Source: Carcharhinus longimanus
Lineage: Eukaryota
Length of the DNA: 64,000 bases
Assembly: GCA_030264375.1 (NCBI GenBank)
Contig: JASCQW010000081.1
Location: 88,575,191 to 88,639,190, forward strand
Direction: 5' to 3'
In this document: positions 51,631 through 61,779 of the stretch, one piece after another
How positions within the stretch are numbered: position 1 is the stretch's first letter
Layout of the letters: each line of letters opens with the position of its first letter
Notes under the pieces: generated by a model
What the model was told of the DNA's origin: nothing
Database searches by the model: none
The model's input: the letters and a program-made list of their open reading frames with translations, nothing else
Made by a program: the position numbers and the translations under genes

Positions 51631-53031
51631 TGATCTCAGCCACTGTAATTGGGAGCAGTGAGCCTTGCATTTACTAACTGAGGCCAGGTCTCAGAAGGTT
51701 TCATTTTTGCTAGAGGGCAAAATGGATTTTCTGGAGGAACATGCAATCTTTGTTACTCATCAGGAAAAAAAGAGAAAAGAATAGGAGAAATGTCCTCTTT
51801 GAAGACAACAAAGTGAGAGTTAGATCAAACAGGAGTTCAAGCTTGATAATATCTTGATTACTAGCCGAGTCACATGAAAACTAGTAGAGTGATCAATAGT
51901 TTATCCAGGCAAAAGTGTGGCTGAGGGAGTGGTTTTTGAAAGTATTATCTCATTTCATGGGGTACGGGCACTGGATTTCAACAGCCTAGGCTGCACTGTT
52001 GAAGGGTCTCCACATGAATGGAGCTGGGAGTTGTGTCCTCGTGGAAAGGTTAAATAAGGCTGTTACAAAGAGATGAAACCAACAAGTGACAGAGAGAGCC
52101 CAGGTGAAAAAATTAGAACAGAGTATATGAGAACAGAGAATATGGCAGGAACAGTCTAGCAATCTGATGGCCTAAGTTAATGCTGTGGTCATATCGACTG
52201 AAGTCCAACCATGGTAGCTGGTAGAAATAAAATTCAATTAATTACTAAATCTGGAATTGAAAGCTTGTCTAAGTAATGTAGTCCACTGAATGATCATAAG
52301 TTGTCACAAAAAGCCCATCTGGTTCACTAATGTCCTTTTTGATGAACAACTCTGCCGTCCTTACATCATCTGTCCTTTATGTGAATCCAGATTCACAACA
52401 GTGTGGTTGATCCTTAAGTGTCCTCTGAAATGGCAGGAATGCAGAAATCAAATTGAAGGCAATTAAAGGTAAGCAATAATGGTCTAGCACCCTTGCCACA
52501 TCTCATTACAAAATACACATTACGAAATATACAGGAAACATTGATGATAAAAAAGTGTTGTCCAAAAATGAAGGAAGGGGAACAGAGGAAAATGACAGTT
52601 AGAAAGTGTGCTCTGAGCAATACTGTTAAAAGTGAAACTATTGGATGTAAAGTAATTGACCCGGGCAGAGGAATTGGAAATAGGTGAAAGAAACTTGACT
52701 GTAGAAGGACAAGTTAGGCTTTTTGGTCCAAATATACTTTCTTTGTGAAAATGTTTGGAGAATAAGAAAAACATTAAATGCAGGCACGTACATAAATTGG
52801 AGGGCATTTAAATTGTTTATGGGATGTGGGCATGGTTGACTAGGACGCAGTTATTAGAACATAGAACACTACAGCACAAACAGGCCCTTCGGCCCACGAG
52901 TTGCGCCGATCACGTCAACACCTACCAACCTNNNNNNNNNNNNNNNNNNNNNNNNNNNNNNNNNNNNNNNNNNNNNNNNNNNNNNNNNNNNNNNNNNNNN
53001 NNNNNNNNNNNNNNNNNNNNNNNNNNNNNNN

Positions 53032-53160
53032 CGTATGAAGCTACATGAATCCCAGACAGATTGATGAAGGTAGTCTTGCAATAGTCAGTAATGGGGAACT
53101 CATTAGTAGATTCCTCAACTAGCACATTGAGAAAAGGGAGCATGTTGCTCTGCTCCATCC
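53032..53160 (-). mobile_element. Penelope-like RT fragment
   Basis: MEQSNMLPFLNVLVEES..F.ITDYCKTTF resembles the PLE RT motif E.E...LPFLDV.V......T.VYRK.T. Confidence 0.7.
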
Positions 53161-54023
53161 ACTAACAGGTATGCAAAGTGCAATGATAATAGTGCAATTA
53201 CAATGTATTATAAATATATTTATTTATGTTTTAGGGGAATGTTTAACAATTCAGGCGATCATCAATGGAAGAGGATTCCTTCTTGAGCCAAATCTGAGAT
53301 AAATTAGTCACTGATGGGTGGTGAAAAAGCATTCAGTGATTACAATAAAGGTATTTAAACAGCATGTTCTAACATAAACACTTGAGAATGAAAAACATTA
53401 AGGTGCTTAAAGATCTATCTAACTAGTGCAGCCCTTCACCTGTGCCATCTTAGTGCAACTACAACTTCCTAATCTTACGTGGCCTACCACTACGCCTCAG
53501 TGACTCCCCAGGATATACGTCAAAAGTGGAGGGGGCCAGCTGTCTACCTCGCCCCATGGCCTGTGGTATGCTTGGCTGGTGTCCTCTGGAGGCCCTGGAC
53601 CTTGAGGGCCCTGGCCAGCTCCAGGTGTCTGGAATGTTTCCATGACACCCTCTTCATTCCACTACCCCTGAGATGCCCCGGTGTCAGGAAGGGGGTATCA
53701 GAAGGTATCACCACAATCGCAGTCTTCTGGGTGGAAGGCATGGGCTTGAGCCCTTTCTCCTTTGGGGTTCCTGTGGGTCCCTGGGTCACTCTATGGATGG
53801 CAGTGCTTCTGCAGTGAGCTCCAGAAGCTCTGGCATCACCTGGCCCTGCGTCAGTCCTGGAGGACTACTTGCATACTACCCATGGTGGTTGAGCCTCTGC
53901 GATGGCCACCTGAGTTGGGAGCCACTTGTCAATGGCCACAGCAAGTGCCCTCAGAGACTGGGCCATGCTCTGCAGCCCTCAGCCATGATCCTCTGCAAGT
54001 GGGCCACATTCCCAAGGGCTGCT

Positions 54024-54175
54024 TTGAACTGTGGAGGGAAACCAGAGCACCCGGAGGAAACCCACACAGACATGACGAGAATGTGCAAGCTCCACACAGA
54101 CAGTGACCCAAGCCAGGAATTGAACCCAGGTCCCTGGAGCTGTGAAGCAGCAGTGTTAACCACTGTGCTGCCGTG
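54024..54175 (-). mobile_element. V-SINE head and V-domain fragment
   Basis: GAAACCAGAGCACCCGGAGGAAACCCACACAGAC...GCAGCAGTGTTAACCACTGTGCTGCC. Confidence 0.8.
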
Positions 54176-54580
54176 ACGCCCTCGGATTGGATATGGGAGC
54201 GATTTCACCGTCCCTATGGTTACTACATTAGCATCCTGATACTCCCTGCCTAACAGCTAGCTGAATTGCAGTAGCGTTTAAAAATGGTTCAACACCACCT
54301 TTCCCTGAACAACAAGAATCGGCTGTAACAATGTGAGGTGAGTTGTGTTTGAGGTTCTGTATTAATCCGAGGGACAGTATTGCTTGAAGTTGTTGAATCA
54401 TTTTAAAAATACGTTGAATCAATTCCCCCTGGTGACTTATTTCACAATTTGCAACATGTGAAGAGGGCAGGACATCCAAGGCCACATTGCTGTCACCCAG
54501 AGAGGACTACTGAGCTTCAGAAGTAATTTCCTGGCTGAACAGTAGAATTAAGTGAGCTGAAGTGAAGGAGCAGCAGGATT

Positions 54581-54900
54581 TCACAGTGGTTAGCACTGCT
54601 GCCTCACAGCGCCAGGGAGTCGGGATTGATTCCAGGCTTGGTCACTGTGTGCACAGAGTCTGCATGTCCCTCCGCCCCCCTCAGCTGCCCCCATATCTGT
54701 GTGTGTTTTTGCCGGGTGCTCTGTTTCCTCGCACAGTTTCAAATACTTGGTCGTTAGGTTCCGTTGGGAAAGCAAAATTCTCCCTCAGTGTATCCGAGTG
54801 GGCAACTGTGTGTGGTGACCAGGCGATTTTCACAGTAACTTCATTGCAGTGTTATTGTAAGCCTGCTTGTGACACTAATAAAAATAAAACTTTAAATAAA
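54581..54900 (+). mobile_element. V-SINE with MER6-like 3' tail
   Basis: CACAGTGGTTAGCACTGCTGCCTCACAGCGCCAGG head and tail ATTTTCACAGTAACTTCATTGCAGTGTTATTGTAAGCCTGCTTGTGACACTAATAAA. Confidence 0.78.
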
Positions 54901-55049
54901 GTTCACAAAGACACAGGTTGAGACAAGAGGAGGAGAAATGAATGAGTAAAGATAAGGAGATTAACGTTCCATTTTCAGAATTGTTTTTTGACTAAATGGT
55001 TGAGAAAGTACAAGAGCTGAAGGATGAAGTGGATATCTTTCGTTCAGGA

Positions 55050-55718
55050 AGGGTGGCAGAATGACACCAGAAAAATGAAGAGATAAAACGGTTGCAAGAG
55101 GAATCACACACAGAAGATTAATCTGATGGTTTGCTAGTGCTATTTTGTTAAAACTAATGTCCGAGTGATGAAGCCGAGACATTTAAATGTTCAGGCGGAT
55201 GAAAATGGGTAGAGATTCATCAAGTTATATTACTGGCGGTTTAAACAAAGGAGGTGTTTGCAGGTCGTGCATGAGGTTCCAGTAGGAGGTCATTTAGCAG
55301 TTAAAGTTACTCAGGGAAGTTATGCAATGCTTGGAAGTCAAGGAGTTTCAACCAACTCTGAGCCGCCAAAAGCACAGGGAGTATTGGAATGGGATCATCA
55401 AACTTCAAAGACAATGTTGAGATACTTTAGTCAGGATTACACCATCGATGGAAAAGGAAATACGGAGATTACTGGGTGGGAATGGTTTTTACCGTAAATT
55501 CGTGTTAATCTTAGCCCTGTTTTGGTTCCATTGACAGACCTGCTGGAAAATCACCGAAAATGTCAGAGCACAGCTGTGTGTCAGCAGACATCTGACAGTC
55601 TGAAAGATGTTTTAACCACTGCACCCGTATCGTCGACACCGAGTTAGACAAAAACATTCCATGTGGCCATTGATGCAAGCGATTTGGGTGTTGCTGCGGT
55701 TTAAAAGAAGATGAAAGA
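55050..55718 (+). mobile_element. Internally deleted Gmr1-like Gypsy relic (integrase followed by RT connection / RNase H)
   Basis: QVVHEVPVGGHLAVKVTQ (H2C2 region) and AQGVLEWDHQTSKTMLR (integrase core), then GFYRKFV, PLTDLL, LTTAPV and FHVAIDASDLGV (RT-RNH). Confidence 0.8.
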
Positions 55719-56219
55719 NNNNNNNNNNNNNNNNNNNNNNNNNNNNNNNNNNNNNNNNNNNNNNNNNNNNNNNNNNNNNNNNNNNNNNNNNNNNNNNNNN
55801 NNNNNNNNNNNNNNNNNNGACCTGTTCTTTTTGCAACAGTATTTGTATGGCTCAATCTCATCAATGGTAACTCAAGGATGTTACTAGTGGGGGATTCAGG
55901 GATGATAATACACTGAATATAAGGGCCGATGGTTAGATTAACTCTTGTTCGCGATGGTCATTGCCTAGAAATAAAGACAGCCAAATCTTACTTACCAGCT
56001 GTCGGCTGAAGCCTGGATATTGTTCAGGTCTTGCTACATTTAGGCATTAATCTCTTCAGTATCTGCAGAGATCTTAATGGTGCTGAGCACTGTGCGGTCA
56101 TCAGCGAATAATCCCAGTTTGATGGAAGGAAGGTGACATCTGAAGGCAGCTGAATGTTTTTAGGCCCAGAAATCTACCCTGAGTACCCAGAGATACTGAG
56201 ATGACGTGGACCTGATGGT

Positions 56220-58990
56220 TACATTCTGACTCCTCAGACGCTGTCCACCATCTGCAAGGCACAAGTCAGGAATCTGATTGAACAATCTCCATTTGCCCAG
56301 ATGAAAGTGATTCCGCCAATGCTCAAGGAGTTCCACATAACACAAAATGTGACCCATTCAATCTCTCCTCACCAGTGCACGGTTACACCATGGTGTGTAC
56401 ATGTACAAGATGCACTGGAACAACTTTCATCTCTCTTTCCAAACCTGCGACCTTGACCATCTGGAATGAGAAGCCAGAAACTGCATGGAAATAAATCACC
56501 TTTCATACATCTCCAAACCACACACCATATGGATTGGGACCTATTTCACTGTTCGTATGGTCACTGCATTAGCATCCTGATACTCCCTGCCTCACAGTCA
56601 GTTAGACTGCAACAGCTCCAAAGTATGGCTCAACATCTCCTTCTATTGGGCAATAATTAATGGGCCTGTTACAGTGCGAAGTGATGTTTAGTTTGAGGTT
56701 CTGTATTATTCTCGGGGACAATATCGTCTGCAGTTGTAGAATCAGTTTGAAAATACATTGAATCAATTTCCCCACTTGAATTATTTAACAAATTGCAACA
56801 GTTGAAGAGGGCAGCTGCACCTAGGGCCACATTACTGCCACCCAGAGGGGAAATCTCAACTTCAGAATTCAATTCCTGACTGCCGGCAGCAGAGTGAGGT
56901 ACAATGAAGTGAAGGGGTGGCAGGGTAGCACAGTGGTTAGCACTGCTGCCTCACAGCACCAGAGATCCGGGTTCGATTTCTGGCTTGATCCACCACATGC
57001 GTAGAGTTTGTACTTTCTCCTCGGGTCTGTATGGGTTTCTCCCGGGTGCTCCGGTTTCCTCCCACAGTCCAAAGATGTGCGGGATAAGTTGATTGGTCAT
57101 GTAAAATGGCCACTTAGTGTCAGAGGCAATAGCAGGATAAATATGTGGGACTATGGGCTTAGGAGCCTGGTGGGATTTTGCAGACTCGATAGGCCGAATG
57201 GCCCCCTTCTGCACTGTAGGTATTCCTACCATGATCCTCCAAGGTGATTTTGATAAAGATGAGGGTGTGCATGTGTTCGGGGTGGTGGGGTTTGGGGAAA
57301 GGGAGTACGGCGCGGATGGTTAGAACTGGGATCATAGTCTGACAACAGGTATGCCAATTGTCAATGGAGTGAGGAAGAGAGTCTTCAGAAAGAAGGTGGT
57401 GACTTTTTTGTGCTCACAACCTCCAACGAGGCTGTGAAGGCTCAGTGGTTGAGTATGTTCAAAGCAGAGGCCCATAGATTACTAGGCCGAAATGACATCA
57501 AGCAATCTGAGTGTCATGCAGTAAGATGGAAGATCAGCCATTATCTAGTTTATTGGTGGACCAGGTTTGATGGGCCGAATGGCAGATCAGGCATGACGGG
57601 CTCATTGGCCTTTCCCTGCTCAAATCTTCCCATCTATGTGACTTAGAGGTGGAACTTGAGATCTTTACATGTTCAACACTGTTTCAAAATCAGTGAGCTT
57701 CGAATTTTCAGCAATTAATAAATGTAATCAAAGTTGCTCTATTTTTAGGATTTACCAAATAAGTTTCCCACAACAGTGATCGAACTCCGATGTTGTCATC
57801 TGTTTGTAACTTCATGGTCTCAGTGGAAATCCCACATTATATCGGTTTAATGTCCTGAACTGCATCAACTCAGAATTTAATTCCCAGAGATTGTCAAACA
57901 GTATGAAGGGACAGAGACAGGGAAGCTTTGAAACCCTTGCTCCAGTTTTCATCTGATTTGATTTATTTATGTCAAGTATATTGGGATATAATGTGTTGTT
58001 TCTTGCACGGTATACAGAAAAAGTATACCATTCATTGGGTGCATAGTGGAGGGAAAGGAAATATAGTCTTTTCGTAACAGTACAGTGTAGAGAAAGATTA
58101 GCTTAACATGTGGTGGGTCCATTCAAAAGTCTGATTATGGGGGTTGGTGATGCTTAATTGACCTTAGTGTCCAAAGATGTGCAGATTAGATAGATTAGAC
58201 ATTCTTAATGGGTTTAAGGGAAAAGGGCAGAGGATGAGGACTGGAAGATATTCCATCAGAGAGTCTGTACAGGCCCGATGGGTCGATTTGACTTCTTCTG
58301 CACTGGAGGGATTCTGTGATGCTAATAAGTACAGCTGCTGCAAACGTTGTGTGCTAATCATTATAGTGCTAATTATATTTTGCAACAATGTTCTGTGGTT
58401 ACAAGTGTTGTATTTTATTTTCTGTACTTTGAATGTGGCAGTGGGTATCCATTCCTGTGATGGATTAATTTGACACACCAGTAATTGTCTCTTTCAGACA
58501 TGCAGCCGACACCAATCTCCACCCTTTGAGGCATTTTCTCTCAAGACACGCATACATATAGGCTGTCAAAATACAGATGTCAGTCTGAGGACAATAAGCA
58601 TTACCAATATTACACTGTTAATAATTAGATGAATGGTAGTGCACTTCTTCATAAATAAGACATTTTAATATCTGCAAAATTATGAAAGAACTGTTGACTT
58701 CTTAAATAAAAATTCAGCTACTTAGAACAACATTGCATTTACAGCACTGAAACTGTCAAATTGCTTTCTGTCAATATTTATGCTCCACAAGATGGGCTGA
58801 ATGGCTCCGAATCCCTCCTAATCTAACCTGATTAGTAGTTTGTAGAATATCTTCAATGCAGAGGCCCAGATTCACATGATTCATCTCATTTGCTTCCCGA
58901 CTTATCTATCCCCATTTTAGAGGAATGGCTATTCACCAATCTTTACTACGTACTGACGTCCCCAACTCTCTTGATTAGGTTTGCTCCCAC
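56220..58990 (+). pseudogene. Relic D: paralog of the gene A upstream region and intron (19000-22330) with exon 1 deleted
   Basis: Collinear with gene A, including an HE1 SINE (56915-57232) and the promoter. ATG context mutated (AGCTTTGAAACCCTTG versus AGTATGGAATCCCTTG) and joined directly to the intron sequence CTCCAGTTTTCATCTGATTTG. Confidence 0.82.
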
Positions 58991-60389
58991 CCAACAAGGG
59001 CCTATTTCCACCCTATAAACCTCTCTGACTCGATGACTCTAATTGACATATTTGAAACAGCCTCATTGCCTCTCCTGCCTGTCAGTTTAGCTGAGAGGAA
59101 CTTTTTGCTTCATTTTCAGCTCTGACATTGGTGACTTGGCTTCCTTCCAATAATCAGAGAGCGAGTGCACAAGTCAGTTACCTACGATCTCTGCAGGGGT
59201 GATTGCTGCTGTTTTCCCTTCCTTCTCTGCCAAACACTTTGGCGCACTCAAACCTAGTCTGCACTGAATAGCTTTGCAGCTGAGTATCCCCATGTCTTGT
59301 GCATGCTTATAAAGTAGAGAACCCACAACAGGAGGCCGTAACTTGCAGGATGTGATTTGTACTGAGATGATAATCAGCTTCTATAATCTCCACAAGAGAG
59401 TACAGTTCCGAAATATATTGCTTTGTGTGTTTGGTATGACTCTTTCTGGAAAAATAATGTGGTATTCCAAATTCTTTTGGGACTGTGGGACATAAATTTC
59501 CCAGACAGCTCCTGAAACAAAATTCGAAGAATTTCCATCTTCGCTCATCTTTGACACAGATGTCATTGTTGAAAAACACAAGTCTTAATTAAAAGTTTGA
59601 TATGTTTGTTCATAACTTAAGGTTTTGACCTGTATCCTGACCATCTGTGTCATGAGAGAGCCATTCATTGACCATCTCCAACAAGAGAAAATCTAGCCAT
59701 CTTCTCTCAACTTCCACTGACATTACCACAGCCTAATAGTCAGCACCAACACCTTGTGGTGTGTGTGGGTGTTGTAGCAGTTAACATTGACCAGAAACTA
59801 GCTGGACAAGTTAAATAAGCACCGCAGTTACAAGCTTCTGTCAGAGGATGGGTGCCATGCAATGGGTAACTCTCCATCACAAAGCCCATCTACGATTTAC
59901 AAGGAACAAGCCAGGAGTGTGATGGGATTCTCAACACTTGTCTGACCGAATGATACTGAACCAACACTCAAGAAGCTGCAAACCATCCAGGGCAGCATAC
60001 TGTTCACCTACCTTACATACTCACTCCCTCCACCACCAGTGCACTGTGGCTGTATTGTGTACCATACACAAGATGTAATGCAGCTACAGCTCAAACCTCC
60101 TTTGACAGCACTTTCCAAATTTATGACACCTACCACCTGGAAGAACAAAGCTGTAGGTGTAGGAAACGGCACCACCTGCAGGTTCCACTCCAAGTCAGAC
60201 AGATTTGTGATTTGGGAACATATCACTGTGCCTTCATGACCATTGTGTCAAAACCATGGCACTCTCCCTCCCAAACAGTAGTGTGGGGGGAACATCTTAA
60301 CCAGATGCAGCATTTCAAGAAAACCAACGTCTCCCCCATTACATGAATCAATTAAAAGAGGCAATAATTTGGGTCACAATGTTAATTTG

Positions 60390-60880
60390 AGGTTGGAATT
60401 ACTCTGAGGGATTGTATTTATTAATGAACTGTATTAGTTTAAGAACAGTATCAATTTGAGTGTCTGTATTAGTTCAAGAGGATGCAGTTGTTTGAGGGAC
60501 TGAATTAGTTTGAGAGAATTTAAGAGTTGAGGGAATGTACCAGTTTGAGAGAATGCCTTAGTTTGAGGGACTGTTTCAGTTTGTGGGACTGCATCTGCTT
60601 GTGGGACTGCAACAGTTGTGGGATTGTAACAGTTTGAGAGAATATATTAGGTGAAGAGAATGCATTCATTTGAGGGACTGTATTAGTTTGAGTGATTATA
60701 ACAGTTGATGGATTGTACCAGTTTGAGAAGTTGTATTGTTGGATGGAATGGTACCAGTTTGGCGGCTGCATTAGTTTAATGGACAGCACCAGTTATAGTT
60801 TGTACCAATTTGAGAGAATCTGTTCATCTTGAGGGACTGTATCAATTTGAGGGACTGTATCAATTTGAGGAATTGTTTTC
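60390..60880. repeat. 19-bp degenerate minisatellite (GGGACTGTATTAGTTTGAG)
   Basis: About 25 diverged units. Confidence 0.85.
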
Positions 60881-60935
60881 TTTCAGAGAAAGTCCTCATC
60901 TGATTTATTGAGTGGACTGGTACGTGTTAAAAAAT

Positions 60936-61090
60936 GATGTGGAGATGCCGGCGTTGGACTGGTGTAAATGCAGTAAGCGGTCTCACAACACCAGGTTAAA
61001 GTCCAACAAGTTTATTTGATAGTAAAAATGACCCTTTTTACTATCAAATAAACTTGTTGGATTTTAACCTGGTGTTGTGAGACTTCTTAC
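60936..61090. mobile_element. PLE-derived fold-back element (48-bp inverted repeat)
   Basis: Arms 60981-61028 and 61035-61082 with one mismatch and a 6-nt loop. Confidence 0.75.
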
Positions 61091-61554
61091 GTGTTAAAGA
61101 AGGCAGCCACATCTCAAAGTGCAGCCACACATTCCTGAGAAGACAGCTTATATTTGAAATGGTAATTGCTGAATAAACACAGCAGAGAAAATGGTCATTG
61201 TAATATTGTGAGATCTGGGGAAGGACATGATGCTGTGAGACTTATCAACAACATTGCTTGGAGAATAGAACTTCCAATTATTACTCGGTGAATTAGTGTG
61301 ATTAAAACTGATCAGTCTTCAGTTTATCCCAATGTGATCTCAGATCTAAACATGGTCTTTCACAACAGGCAGTGAACTCAGCTGTTGCAAAATACTGACT
61401 TGTTTATTTTCAGAAACACATTTGAAAGATGTTGTAACTTCAATGCCCCCATGGAGATGTCACTGTGTATAAAAACAGTGAATATATCACACACGTATTG
61501 AATTCAGAGAGATTGCCTGTACCACCAAGGACAGATCACACCGTACAGAAAAAT

Positions 61555-61602
61555 ATGGAACCATTTCAAAGGATTCTAAAAATATACTACACAATTCTTG
61601 CT
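61555..61602 (+). CDS. GPR139-like: GPR139-like gene E exon 1, truncated by an assembly gap (MEPFQRILKIYYTILA...)
   Basis: Aligns with exon 1 of C (METFEMIRKIYYMILA) and A. TATA GTATAAAA at 61467. Confidence 0.82.
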
Positions 61603-61779
61603 NNNNNNNNNNNNNNNNNNNNNNNNNNNNNNNNNNNNNNNNNNNNNNNNNNNNNNNNNNNNNNNNNNNNNNNNNNNNNNNNNNNNNNNNNNNNNNNNNN
61701 NNTACAAGTGTTACTTTGGCCAGGCAAGTTTTTTTCCTGGTGATTCCACTTGAATACTCCCAGCTTTAGCAATCCATGG

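Noticed and set aside
53479-54020. GC-rich stretch with several overlapping ORFs
   Set aside because: No recognisable domain. Probably a DNA-transposon remnant, but the family cannot be supported by eye.
59307-59579. 90-aa minus-strand ORF that looks protein-like (FFNNDICVKDERRWKFFE...)
   Set aside because: No family recognised and no clear splice sites. A BLASTx search would settle whether it is a retrocopy fragment.
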